Positions 24,980 to 38,975 of a DNA stretch of 64,000 bases are shown one piece after another (within the stretch, counting starts at the first letter, position 1; each line of letters opens with the position of its first letter). Both the position numbers and the translations under genes were made by a program. The stretch is from Octopus sinensis (lineage: Eukaryota). Below the pieces are notes generated by a model. The model searched no databases and was not told the origin of the DNA. It was given only the letters and a program-made list of their open reading frames with translations. Location: NCBI RefSeq assembly GCF_006345805.1, contig NC_043003.1, positions 36,642,001-36,706,000 on the forward strand, given 5' to 3'.

Positions 24980-25400
24980 TTGTGTTTGTGTTTGTGTGTC
25001 TGTGTATGTATATATGTATGTATGTATGTAATTATATATATATATGTGTGTATATATTTATGTATATATATGCGTATATAATACACATACCTACATAGGT
25101 ACATACATATTACGTAACACAATGGTTGAGCATTTTGTGCGCTGCACTTACGAAGCTAATTCATAAGTTGTAATTTCTCCTTCTTATATGATGAAGTTTC
25201 ATAACTGAAAAACGGAAGGGTGTTAGATCGTAGAATCCTACCAATTGGAAGATGCAGATGTTTGTGCATCGTCACAGATTAAATGCCAGGGATATTCTGT
25301 GGATAGGTTCGAAAATCTAGAGAATGTCTCCCATCAAATTCCCGGATATACAGTACGCCAAAGCTACAGTTTGATATGTATAATTATATATATATGTATA

Positions 25401-25680
25401 TCACGTGATCACGTGACCGACCAGACCATCAGATGTTGCTACACATCGCTGGACACAATGCGTTCGCATTGTTTTAGCCTTCGAATGACGCCACCCCGCT
25501 TGGCTAAGCGAGCAGGCCAACAGAAGAAAGAGTGAGAGAAAGGGTGGTGAAGGAATACAGCAGGGATCACCCTCCCTGCCGGAGCCTCGTGGAGCTTTTA
25601 GGTGGGAATCGAAACCGCGAGCCTACGACCGCGAGTCCGCTGCCCTAACCACTCTAAACACTGGGCCATTGCGCCTTCAC
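25401..25680 (-). mobile_element. SINE with family C head and TCACGTGATCACGTGA tail
   Basis: Reverse complement of the head tggttagggcagcggactcgcggtcgtagg; tail ends tcacgtgatcacgtga next to (TA)n. Confidence 0.8.
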
Positions 25681-25681
25681 A

Positions 25682-25722
<41 letters not shown>

Positions 25723-26627
25723 TATTATTTATTAATTTATTTATTTATTTATAAATAGTCGCACAGCTAGGTACAAACTTTTGCTAGAAATAGCAGTTCA
25801 TAACCGTAGGACGCTAAGTAAAGCTTCACTGAAAGTATAAAGGTAAATATGTGTGAGCGCGGCGAATATAAAAGCAATTTATGTTTACCTCTCGGAAGAA
25901 CGCCACAGAAATGGACAACCTAGTACACGGGTTTCGGACTTTTCTCAATACTTTTGTTATCGTTAAAATGATTGGTCTTCTTCAGCTATGTGTAACGGAA
26001 GACTAAATTTAAAATATCCGTTACATTAATGCTTGAATACTCAGCCAGTAGCCCCAACCATAAAGAGAACCAGGTTCAGCGAAAAAGTTTTATATAAAAC
26101 ATCGTAAATATTACAATACAATACAAATGTTATTACAATACTATATCGCTGGAAAATAACACTATTTGTAGTAATATTTATATTTTTTTTACATATATGT
26201 ATGTATATATATATCTATATCTATATATAATACTATATATTATATATATATATATATATTAGATATATACGTATATATAATACATATATATATATATATA
26301 ATATATTATATATATAACTATATATATATATATAATATATAATATTATATATATATATATATATACATACATAATATACATATATATATATATATATTAT
26401 ATAAAACAAATCAAATTGCGATAAAATAAAAAAACAATTATAATCGCTGGTATACTAACACAAGCCATATATTTTTCATATATCAGCACATTAAGGCGAA
26501 ATATGTGCTAGGAATACAGAAGCTTGATAAATTAAGTGAAATGAAGATAAAAACATTTACTAAACCGGTAAATTCTCAGACTGCAGTTTCTTTCTTTTCA
26601 GCAATAAAGATAATTTATCTGCCCAGG

Positions 26628-26667
<40 letters not shown>

Positions 26668-26890
26668 TCTCTGGACATATTCCTTCAAGAAATCCCGGAT
26701 AAACCCCCTACACCCGGATATGTCTCTGTAAACAATAACTCTCTACTTGAGTGGGCCATAGTGCCCAAATTCTGACCTGAAAGACTTCACCAGGTGGTGC
26801 TATTAAGTTAGACATGGCCTGGGCCAATAATGGCCGAAACCTATGAAAGTATCAAAGTATCAAAGTATATATATATATACGTATATATAT

Positions 26891-26947
<57 letters not shown>

Positions 26948-26995
26948 TATATATATATACGTATATATATATATACATACATATATACTATATAT

Positions 26996-27028
<33 letters not shown>

Positions 27029-27077
27029 TACATATATATATATGCATGTATGTATGTATGTATGTGTATATATATAG

Positions 27078-27109
<32 letters not shown>

Positions 27110-28706
27110 TCTGAGGTCCACATATATATAGACACACATATTAAACAGGTAATTACAAACATGTATATACGTACAGTTTTGATATGATATGTGGATTGTT
27201 CAGTTATGGAGCCTATCATTCCTTGTTTACATTGTTTCTTTGTGTTCTTTCATCCTTTGTACCGCTTCTTTCTTCTTTTGGTTATATTTTATCAATGTGT
27301 TGTTTTTGTTTGTTTTTTTTAGCTTAACTGATATAGCAGCCAGAAATAATCGATTTATTTTCTAAGGAGAAAATATTTTTAAAATGAAAATATCAGGTAA
27401 GATAATGAGAAAGTTAGGAAAGAATGAATAACAATGACAAATATAAAATAAACGCTAAATTTAAGAAAGGGTGACAACAACTCACAAACAACAAAAATAT
27501 TGGATTGCTAAATGCTGAATCTACAAAACGAAAAACATGATAAAATAGCGCTTAGAAAATTATTATCTTCGCTTGTGTCTAACTTATCTTGTTGTTGCTA
27601 TCGTTGCTAATGGTATTGATGTTCTAGTATTGTATTTTATTATATTTTTATTACTTTATTTTATTATATTATCCTTTTATTATTTTTTTTTCAGAACACC
27701 GAATTTAATTACCATGTTATTTCCATGAAATTCTGTATATTCTCTATTTCAAATAAAAAATTGAAAATAACAACGTGCCCACGCTGAAAGTCCTACCTGG
27801 ATAATTATATTAACAGTAAAGTGCAACACTACGGTCTGTGTTGGCGAAATTCTTAGACGGTGTGGGCGGTGCTTCAGTTGTTGGTAATGTTTATGAAAGA
27901 GAAATATATAAAATCATATAGAGAATCAAAGTATTAAAAAATCCTTATATTTATATATATCCCTGCTTATATATGTATGTAGACATTTATACATATATTC
28001 ATAGATGTATTCCGAAATACGCTCCCGCAGACACACCTGTATAGGTAGGAGGTACTCAATCGAGTGTATGTGTACGTGTCCGTTAAAAAAGCTAGCGAGT
28101 GAAGGAGATATATATTGTGGATTGTCGATACCATTTTCTTGGATCGAACCGAAGTCTGAATGCATGATCTATGAATATATATAAATAGTTTAAAAACTCC
28201 CTTGCTCTATGACTCTAAGATGTTTTAACATCCATGCTATTAGGGAGTTTCTTTAAGCGTTATATGGCATCAAATACGGCGAATAAACAAAATATACTGT
28301 GTATGTGCTATCGATAATGTTTTCTTTATTAGTGCTGCTTTTAATTCGTATTTTAACACACGCACACATACACACATACACACACGAAATTTACGAGTTT
28401 ACCGAATCATTGAATGATTTCTATGGTATTTTTTATAAACTGTCGAGGCGAGTTCCATTCAACTATAGGCAACGGAGTAAGTGTTACCGATAAGGATCAA
28501 CTCAATCGGAAATCATCGATGATTTGACACTCCTCGCTTGTTGTATGGAGACTAGTCTTCCTTAACAATCAATAGATAAGTTTTTTGTCGTGGCTAGGAG
28601 TTGTTTTGACTCTTATTTCTAGCAAAACTGGTGCTGATTTGCCTGCTTCATCACTTTAGTGGCATATGTACTTCAACCTTTTTTTAAAAAATTACTAATA
28701 GCCACC

Positions 28707-28746
<40 letters not shown>

Positions 28747-28934
28747 CCCTCAGTCCTCCCTCTTCTATCCCTCAGTCCTCCCTCTTCTATCCCTCAGTCC
28801 TCCCTCTTCTATCTCTCTGTTCTCTCCCTCTCTCTCTCTCCCAATCGGTCCTCTGTCGCTCTGATTTGTTTCCCCTCTCTCCTATTCCTTAGTCCCTCTG
28901 CCTTCTCCAACTCCTCCACTTCTTTACCACGTAA

Positions 28935-31385
28935 TCGCAAGTCGAAGGTAACAATATAAATTTTGTGAAGAACCAGCAACACAGGTTAAAAGTAGAACAA
29001 TACCGTGGTCTTGCTGATCATTTACAGAATGTTGCTAATGCTGCAAATGCTCGAAGTAGGACGCACAATTATCTTGCTTTCATCATTTCAAGGTTCTCTA
29101 AGGAATATGCATGAGCGCTATCAAGCAGCCATGGCTATTGTGTGCATATATGGTCCTCTTCATATCTTCCTCACAATAACCTACAATCCTAACTGACAAA
29201 AAATCAGAGAGAATTTACTTCCAGGTCAAACTTCATCAAATTGACTAGACTTGGTGGTCCGTGTACTCAGTATAAAGCTGCATGAACTCTTGTATGACAT
29301 CACTAAGAAATATATATTTGGAAGAGTCACTGCTTACTCCTACATCATTGAATTTCAAAAGAGGGGCTAACCACATGCCCACCTGTTGATCATTTTGCAT
29401 CCTGATGATAAATTGGATGATCCTCAAAGAATTAATCAATTTGTGTGTGCCGCGATTCCGGATACCGCCACTGAACCCTTACTACATGAAACGATAAAAA
29501 GTTTCATGGTCCATGGGCCTTGTGGTGATCTCAGCCCTGTTGCTCCCTGCATGGAGGATAACAAGTGCCTTAAAGAATTTCCAAAGGAGTATCAAAAAGA
29601 GACACGGATAAACCCAAGCGGTTACCCGTTGTGTAGGCGACGTCTAGGCGCATTAGTTCGAGTTCGCAGCCATGCAATTGACAACCGATATGCAGTGCCC
29701 TACAATAAATATATGTGCCGTAAGTTGAATGCTCCTATGTGTTGGGATTTGCCTCTTCGTTTCCTCTGTGAAAAATATTTACAAGTATATCTACAAGGAA
29801 TATGACTCCGTCAATGTTGACATCACTGAAACAAATTCAAACAATGAGATTGTGCATGATGATGTACGCAACCATTTAGATTGCACCTGAAAGTATGCAG
29901 CGCCTGTTTGAGAATGCATGACAGATCTCATTCAGTTATTCCCCTGCCAGTCCATCTGCTACAAGAGCAACTTATATACTTTGAAGAGGGTCAAGAGAGA
30001 CAGACACTTGAGAGAGCAGCACAGAACACACCACTGACAGCTTGGTATCTTCTGAATCAAACAGAGGAAAATGCACGCAATTTGCATTATTCGGATATTC
30101 CGTGCTGTTGTCTTCAATAAGTAGACTGTTCTATGGAAGTATAGACAAAGAGGAGGTGATAAAGTCATCCCCAGACGGTACATCGTTAGCCCGAAGGAAC
30201 AGGAACGATTTTACTTGAGACTGTTGTTGAACATTCCTGGAGATCGAAGTTATGAGGATATGAAAACAGTAAATGATGTAGTCAGCAACTAATTTAAAGA
30301 AGGTGCTCTCTTAAGAAATTTAGTTGAAAATGCATAGAAGAAGTGTCCCTTACAAGTAAGCCATTTCAGCTAAGACAATTGTTTGCTTTCATTTGCATCT
30401 TCAACACCTCAGCTAACCATTCACAGTTGTATCACCAGTTTGAGGAGGAGATGATTAAGGTTTTCACAAGAACTAACAGTCGAGAGGTGGCCATCCAGAG
30501 AGCATTAAATGACACTGAGTCAATACTGCGAGCACATGGGCTATGCTGCAGGGATTTACATCCCAGGCACAGCAAGCTTTCATGAAGTAACTGCTGAAAA
30601 GAACAATGTTGAAGGGGTCGATATTGAGCGGTGCATTGCATCCTTCACTGAGGCCCAGCTCCAGGTCTATGGACACTTTATTGCAGCCATCAATAACGAT
30701 GAAATACAGAGTAGATTCTTTTTCCTCAATGGCCGTGGAGGTACGTAAAAGACATCCCTGTACAATACATTGATAGCTCCTATAAGAAGGCAAAACAAAT
30801 GTCTCCTTTCCTATGCTACTATAGGCATAGCTGCTGATTTGCTCATTGATGAAAGGAGTGTTCAAAGTGGACTCAAACTACCCGTCCCATTGCATGATAG
30901 TTCTACCTCTCACATGAGAATCCCTTCAGAGTCATACGAAAAAATAAAGCAGGCTCACCTTTGAATTATTGATGAAGTATCAATGTTATCATGCAATGCT
31001 TTGAGAGCCATTGAGACAAATAATGAATTTTCCCAGACCATTCGCTGGAAAAGTGCTGCTATTTGGCGGAGACCTCAGATAAACGGCATGTTTAATCCCG
31101 TGAAGATCCAATGCAGTAATAATTGATTCAAGGATATTTTTCATTCATGGAAATATACTTAGTGGAAGTAAGAAAGGGGATTAGGCGTTTATCCTAGTGA
31201 GACAACTTTTTCCCTTAGTATGAGTAAACAACAGTTTCCTGTTATCCCAGCATTTGCAATGACTATTAACAAATCACAAGGGCAGATCTTCAATAATGCT
31301 GGCATCATTCTACCATCACCAGAATTCAGCCATGGACAACTTTATGCAGCATTGAGTAGATGTAGAAGCAGTAATAATATTAGTA
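28935..31385 (+). pseudogene. Decayed autonomous Helitron Rep-helicase gene
   Basis: IILLSSFQGSLRNMHERYQAAMAIV..IFLTITYNPN (Rep motif 1 region), YIIEFQKRG*PHAHLLIILH (HUH, 29341-29400), MVHGPCG, VPYNKY, IYKYIYK; PIF1-type helicase FLNGRGGT*KT (Walker A), IIDEVSM (Walker B), LFGGDLR, QFPVIPAFAMTINKSQGQ..FSHGQLYAALSR. Many stops and frameshifts; large deletion near 31100-31150. Confidence 0.96.
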
Positions 31386-31409
31386 ATAACACACACACAC
31401 ACATATATG

Positions 31410-31497
<88 letters not shown>

Positions 31498-32224
31498 TAT
31501 ATTTATTGTAAGATTAGCTCGTATACGAGTGGTATATATTTGTAAAAAATGAAGTTTGAAAATGCTGCTATATTAGACAAATTTTAATTTTTATATATAC
31601 ATTATTTATTTAACATGTTTCGGTTCTTGAAATGACGAACCTTATCAAAAAAAATTATATATAAAAAAGATAGTTCATGCTATCAAATATAAAAAATTCA
31701 TATATAATATTCAATAGAGTCAAACATAAAAAATTCATATATAGTAAAGCGAGTCCATGCTATATGTTTAAAGAGTATGATGTAGTAGTTCATAGTGGTG
31801 ATATGCATTCAATAGAGTCAAATATAAAAAATTCATGTTCTTGAAAAAGCGAGGAATTCATTTTAGATTTTACCTTGTGTTCCAATGGGAGCAACTGTAA
31901 TGTTGGTGTCTGTTCGTATAGTTTTGGTGAATTTTGTGAATTGTTTGGGTTTATATCAGCTCAGCTTAGCTGTCTCACTTGCATTTTTCACTGACGTCAT
32001 ATAGTTCCCAACCAATCAAAACTCAGTCTCAACGAATATATCCTGTTAGGAAACCAACCAAGCAGAACGACAGTTTGGCCACGGAAGAAATACGTCATCC
32101 TTGTTTTTGACGGATTGAAATTAGATCTAATCCATGACTGTATCCTGTTAGGTGGCTAGTCCAGCGGAACGAGACGTCATCAATGTTTTGACCAATCATC
32201 TATGTATGTATATATATATATATA

Positions 32225-32480
32225 TAAGATTTATATTTAATGTAGGATAAAATTTTTTTCGAAAAAGAATTTTATCAATGGCCAGCATATTAAAAAATAC
32301 CATTAAAGATTAAATTTATAAACAACTTATAAATAGGAGGGTTCTTATGAACTAGCCCTGAAATCGGTCCGAAATGGTAATAATGGAATTTTTTAGAAAT
32401 TTCTGTCAACCTCTTTTGAGTAGCGTGCCTATTGTAAAAAATTGTATGGTTATGGTCAAGGTGTCCCTTATTCATAAGTT

Positions 32481-32487
<7 letters not shown>
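32225..32487 (-). mobile_element. Short element in (TA)n with subterminal inverted repeats and a palindrome (Helentron/DINE-like or MITE)
   Basis: TATAAACAACTTATAAATAGG (32317) is the inverted copy of CCCTTATTCATAAGTTGTTTATA (32465-32487); 31-nt palindrome with one bulged base at 32246-32276; (TA)n on both sides. Confidence 0.55.
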
Positions 32488-32568
<81 letters not shown>

Positions 32569-34198
32569 TATATATATGTGTGTGTATATAATATATATAT
32601 ATATATAACGTCTGTTTGCTAAGTTAATAGTTGAGTTGGTTATGCATTAACTGGTCTATTCTGTGTACTTTGTAGATAAACTGATGACAAGAAGAACCAG
32701 GTAAATTCAATACTATTCTTTATTACAACTGTTATGAAAATTCATGGCAAATGTCTTACATATTGAGAAGTAACTGGTTTGGTAATTTTAATTTACTATA
32801 TCTGGAACAGTGGAAGTTGTTTTATAATTAAAATTCTGTAGCATCTTTATGGAGAGCGTTAGCAGCAGGTAAAAAAACGGGAAGACATCCGCTTGGCTTG
32901 TGATTTCTTCTCTCTCTCTTTCTCTCCCCCCTCTCTCTCACTCTCTTTTTTTCTCCTCTCTGCTTTATAGCGTGAGGGATCGTTCATTATATTAGTGGGA
33001 GGAAGAGAATTTTGTGCGTTAGGATGAAAAATGTTGCTCAAACACCTATCGGCTAGTTAAGACCATCCAATCTTTGCAATAGATTTAGTTCGACCCTAAT
33101 CGCGTAATCAAATGTTGACAATGCTGAAACACGCCCATATGATACAGCCGTGTAAACAATATGCAAACCTAGAAGTACTAATATTGGATAGCACAGAGTG
33201 AAATCTGAAAGTGAACGAGTTTTATATTGTACTCTACTTCATTCCTAACAGAATATATTTATAAACACTACAACTGCCAGAAATGTATTCTAATAGAAGT
33301 AAGAGAAATAAGATTTAAAATTGAGGTACCTGCTGACAAGGCACTTGATGTGACACATCCGCACCTACGATTCATCTCAACTGATTGTATTGGATCTCAC
33401 CCGCGAGACACTGGTGCACAGTATATCGAAACGATCGTAATGAATGATAAAGAATCTCCCGATTCCCATTTTCTTTCTCTCATATATAAAGAAACGATAT
33501 TTTGGCAACATATTTCATATCAGTCTCCAAGGAGGGCCAATTCATTGTTTAAATAATAATTGGTATCATCTCTAAATTAGAACGAAAGATAATTGGCTAG
33601 TTTGAATTACATGTATTTTCTCATCTTCCATTTATTTATGCACTTCGCGTGGACCATGACTGTGTTCAACACGTTTATGTAAAGGTTGAAGTCATGGAAC
33701 CACAGACAGTACCGTGCGACTATTAAAGAGCTAAAGACTCCCAAAGAAGCAGAAATTCATGACTTTGCCTCTCATCTTGTATGTATACATTCTGATTGCC
33801 TTTTCCAACTGACATGTCAATATTGAAAACTACTTAGTGATTTAGATTATCTCCCCTTCTTATTTGGAGTTGATTCCAATTGTTATCGAGCAATTGCTCT
33901 AAACTATCTACAAGCGGAGATAATTCCAATAAAACAAGACTTTAGCATATATATATAATACACCCTGTTTCATATATACGTATGTGTGTATGCGTATGAC
34001 TATATATATATATATATATATATACATATACCTAAATGTGTGTTTATGTTGGTATGTGCGTGCACTTCAGAGAAACATGAATGATTGAGGAAGCGACGAA
34101 GAAGGTGAGTTGAATAAAGAAGAGTAGCTGAAAATTTCCGGCGAAAAATGCACGGAACAAATTTCATATACATAACGCTTAATAATAAAAGCAATAAC

Positions 34199-34263
<65 letters not shown>

Positions 34264-34309
34264 TATATTATTATTATTATTATTATATTATTATTATTAT
34301 ATATTATTA

Positions 34310-34330
34310 TTATTATCATCATTTGTATTA

Positions 34331-34367
<37 letters not shown>

Positions 34368-34620
34368 CATTTTTATTATTATCATTTTTATTATTATTAT
34401 TATTATTATTATTGAGTGAGCGAGCAGAGCATGCCATCAAAGTAACACTGGGGTAAAATATACGAAGCCCAGTATACCCATCATGACTACCCGTCTGATA
34501 AAGGTACACCAGGCACATGTATCACAACCATATGTGCGCGACATTATTGTTATTATTATTATTAAAATTATTATTATTATTATTATATTATTACTTTTAT
34601 TATCATTATTATTATTATTA

Positions 34621-34665
<45 letters not shown>

Positions 34666-34679
34666 CATCATTTGTATTA

Positions 34680-34716
<37 letters not shown>

Positions 34717-34910
34717 CATTTTTATTATTATCATTTTTATTATTATTATTATTATTATTATTGAGTGAGCGAGCAGAGCATGCCATCAAAGTAACACTGG
34801 GGTAAAATATACGAAGCCCAGTATACCCATCATGACTACCCGTCTGATAAAGGTACACCAGGCACATGTATCACAACCATATGTGCGCGACATTATTGTT
34901 ATTATTATTA
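34310..34910. repeat. Direct tandem duplication, 349-bp period, with identical 130-bp non-microsatellite core
   Basis: Core gagtgagcgagcagagc...tgtgcgcgaca at 34414-34543 and 34763-34892; interruptions in the flanking (TTA)n are also duplicated. Confidence 0.92.
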
Positions 34911-34949
34911 TTAAAATTATTATTATTATTATTATTATTACTTTTATTA

Positions 34950-35001
<52 letters not shown>

Positions 35002-35376
35002 CATTATTATTATTATCATTATTATTATTATTATTGGTGATGATGACGACGACAAAGACATTGGGAATGCAAAGAAATAGGGAACATGTAACAACCACAA
35101 TAAACAAAACAACAACATCAGAAACGAAAATAGCAGCGACAGTAATATGAAGAACGACAAGAACGACGACAGAAATCCTGAAAAAAAAAAGGAATGAAAG
35201 AAAATAAACAAATAAATAAATAGATGAATAAAAAAGTAATGGAATTTTAAACAAAAGCAAAACTGAATTATCCTATTCTTTCGGAATAAATGTTTGTTTG
35301 AGTAGATAAATATAACCAATGTCTACAAAAAGAAAATGTTTCAAAATGCTAAACAAATAGATTAGAAATAGCTATC

Positions 35377-35413
<37 letters not shown>

Positions 35414-35690
35414 CCACTGCCGCTACACCATCGCCATCACTACCCACACCATAAATTTATCAAGCTTTTATAAGAGAAAAAAAAAATTACATAGAACCAT
35501 AAGAATTTGTTTGAGGTAGTCTCTTACATACTATAGCGAAGGAAGAATGAAATTGGAATTTCGTTTGAAATTAACTGCAGGGGTTTATGAAAATAAATAT
35601 TAACAAACACTGAATATATATATATATGTGTGCGTGTGTTTGTGTGTTTGTGTGTGTGTATAATATATATATATATATATTATATATATA

Positions 35691-35751
<61 letters not shown>

Positions 35752-35774
35752 GTGTTTGTGTGTATACATATCTA

Positions 35775-35826
<52 letters not shown>

Positions 35827-36224
35827 TATATACATGTGTGCCTGTGTTTGTGTGTTTGTGCTTGTGCGTGTGTTTGGGTGTTTGTGCTTGTGCGTGTATG
35901 CATATATTCTCCATATATGTCTGTGTGCATTAAATCTGTACGTATGTACAAATATCTACACACCCACACACGTACACGCAAGAAAGTTCGAAATAAATGG
36001 CATTGCAATATAAGTACGTGGAGGTGGTGGTAATGTTGGAGGTGGTGGTAATGGTGGAGGTGGTGGTAATGGTGGAGGTGTGGATGGTTCGGGTTTATAG
36101 GATGATGGTGTTGGATGTGAAGAAAGTGGTTGTGTAAATATGATATTGAAGGTCGGAATAGTTACCCTAGCGCATCACGTAAAATGCTTAGCTACATTTC
36201 TTTATGTTCTGATTTCAAAATCAA

Positions 36225-36930
36225 TTGGCTGGACTGTTCCACTGGACATTTTGGCCTGGCAGTGCTACCGGTGGGGACTCTACAGGCATGGAGATGCCGT
36301 CAACCGGTCTTGCCCGAGATGCGCACAGAGCGACCGTTCTTTTCAGCGCGCTGTAATCCAGTGCCCGAGTATTACTAACCTGTGGGTTTACGTCAAACAC
36401 TTGCTGCAATGTGTATGACAAATCCGGCTATGGGCTGAGTCCATTGGGAAGAATTTTCCACCTGCCTTCCTCTTGATCGAATGGCAGGCAGTGTTTCTAT
36501 GTCTGCTGGCGTTAGCGAAGGAGTTTGTGCGGTGGACCACATTGAACGAGACGAAGGCAGAAACTTTCCTGTTTGGCCCAACCCAACTCAAGGCTTTTAA
36601 GTTTCACGTGAAAAAGAAAGTAAAGGAGGAGCGGGAAATGTTGCCTCCAAGCAATTTAGTTTAAAGGTAGGTGAATGTTGCAAGAATAGTCCTAGAGAAC
36701 AAACCAACTATATGCATACGGCTATAGACGATATTGAGAGAGCACTTGCCCTAGTGATCAGGACATTCTTGGTTTTGTAGGCTTTCCAGGGTCTACCACA
36801 GGAAGTCTCCCACTTTTGGGGAATATTTCGTTTGTTAAAAATTTATTCTATGGTCTTCACTGTCTACGTGTTTAACTTTTTATGCAAACCCCATTTTGCA
36901 TTGTCTTGTACCGACCCCAATGTTTTTTTG
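36225..36930 (+). mobile_element. 3' fragment of an L1/Tx1-clade LINE (zf-RVT-like cysteine domain plus 3' UTR)
   Basis: LAWQCYR..LYRHGDAVNRSCPRCAQSD...AVIQCPSITNLWVYV..VFLCLLALAKEFVRW..FKFHVKKKVKEERE; decayed CxxC..H..C pattern typical of Tx1 ORF2 C-termini. Confidence 0.7.
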
Positions 36931-37870
36931 TGGTTAATGAAGAAAACATTTTTATTATTATTATCTATATTATTAATACGCAAACTTGATGTTTTTGTAC
37001 GTCTGTACCTGTGGTGTGCATCACACTTACCTTAAAGGAAGAAATGAGTGGCAAAACGGGAGAGAGGAGGACAGAGGAGAAGTGACAGAGAAAGAGATAG
37101 TGAGAGAGAAGGAGAGAGTGTGAGAGAGACGGGAAGTGATGACGGCCTTTGTTTTGTGTTTTTAAATGTTTATCACATCGCAAGAACGTTGATACATTGA
37201 TACATACACACATTGTTAATTAAAAAGCGGGAGAGGGGGACACAGAAGAAGTAAGAGCGAAAATGAAAGAAAGTAGATACATAGATCGAAAAAAAGTTGA
37301 TACGTAGACACATAGACACATTGTTAAATCAGAGACGACTACAGCAAATATTGGATGTCACTTTCACTTTCACGAGGATAAAATTAATTCTCGCAAGTAA
37401 CTGAGTACTCCACAGACATGATTACCATTAAAGTAGTTCTCAGGGCAATTCAGCTTCAACAGAATATGCCAAGGCAGGCCTCTTTCCATTACTGCTACAA
37501 CTCATTTTGGCCAGCTGAGAGCACTGGAGCAAGATAAACCTTCAAGTGGTTGGAAGAAAAAGAAAAAAGATCCTATATAGGAGCAGGAAAATCTTTTTTG
37601 TTGTTAGGGTCACTGTACGTGTTAGTCCGGTCCTAACAGCCGCATTTGTGGGTCTCACAGATCTGGCGGTCAAGCCCCCAGATAAACACCGATGCGCAGG
37701 ATATTGTTATCAAACTGAGCGTGAATCGAGGGCAAATACACGACGGAATAGTAATCATTTTGTCTTAGCTTTCACTTTTTATACTAAACACATGACATTT
37801 TCTGCTTTACGATGTGAATCGTTTCCTTTTCTTTTACTCTTTTTTAAAAAATGGCACTCTGTCTGTTACA

Positions 37871-38174
37871 GCGACTAGGTTCCTATTTATCTGATCAATG
37901 GAACAGTCTGCTCGTAAAATTAACGTGCAAGTGGCTGAATACTCCACAGACATGCATACCATAAGGTAGTTCTCTGGGCGATTCAGCCTCACACAAAATG
38001 TGACAAGGCTGGCTCCTTTGAATTACAGCTACAACTAATTTTTACCAGCTGAGTGAACTGCAGCAAAGTGAAGTAGAGTACGTTGCTCAAGAACACAACG
38101 CGCCGCAGGGAATCGTACTCATGACTTTACGATGTAAGCAGAATACCCCTAAACGCTGAGCCATGCACCTTCAC
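37871..38174 (-). mobile_element. tRNA-derived SINE, family F (related fragment at ~37388-37533)
   Basis: Reverse-strand tRNA-like head, GTGTTCTTGAGCAAC central motif, and the segment actccacagacatg..tagttctc..attcagc shared with 37388-37533. Confidence 0.75.
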
Positions 38175-38975
38175 TCTCTTAGCTATAGAGAAGAGGAGTG
38201 AAGCGATAGAGACACAGAAAGGAAAGCCTCAGTCATTTACAATAACAATTAGATTGAAATACGATCGATCTTTCCTGGCTCCTTTACTTTTAAACAATGA
38301 AGAAGAAGGAAAGACATTTAGTAATGAATAGAGGGAAAGTCAGGTGTTTACGTTTTTATTCTGGGAGTTCTAGAACGGTCGAGTGTTAGTCCTCTCTTCT
38401 TTCCCCACCCCGGTACTTATTCGCCTTCTTTCATAGATCTTCATGATCCTCCTTTCCTTTTCTTTCTTTTTTTTTTTCATAGAAAAACTAATGCAAATTT
38501 CGAACGGTGCATAACTGTGAAAAATGGGCAATACCTCCAACAAAATTGATGGCGTGAGAAAAGTTGGCAACAGGTGGCTACACGAAATTCAAATCTGTAC
38601 TTTAAGCACCAGGCTTATAGGGGAATAAGTCCAGGGGGCGATTTCTTCAACTATGGCCACCATCAAATGACTGGAACATGTAAAAGAATAAATGAATACC
38701 GGTAGAATGTTCAGTAACAAGTAAATCAAGAAGGTTCTTCGAATATGTACGATGTATTTTAAGGCTAAATATAATTGTGTTTACGTTTGCGACACTGAGA
38801 TATTTCTTATTGGTTTTACACTTCTTTCTATATTCCGTAACTGCCACAATATAGAAATATTTCTCATGGCACCAGCACACAATTTACAGATGTTTACATT
38901 TTTATATTTTCCGTAAATTTTTCACGGGACCAGCTATTTATTATTGTTGTTGTTGTTGTTGTTGTTGCTGCTGCT

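Noticed and set aside
33227-33556. 109-codon non-repetitive ORF or possible host exon
   Set aside because: Starts at TTG, has no recognisable domain and no convincing splice context; similar for 832-1134 and 19473-19793.
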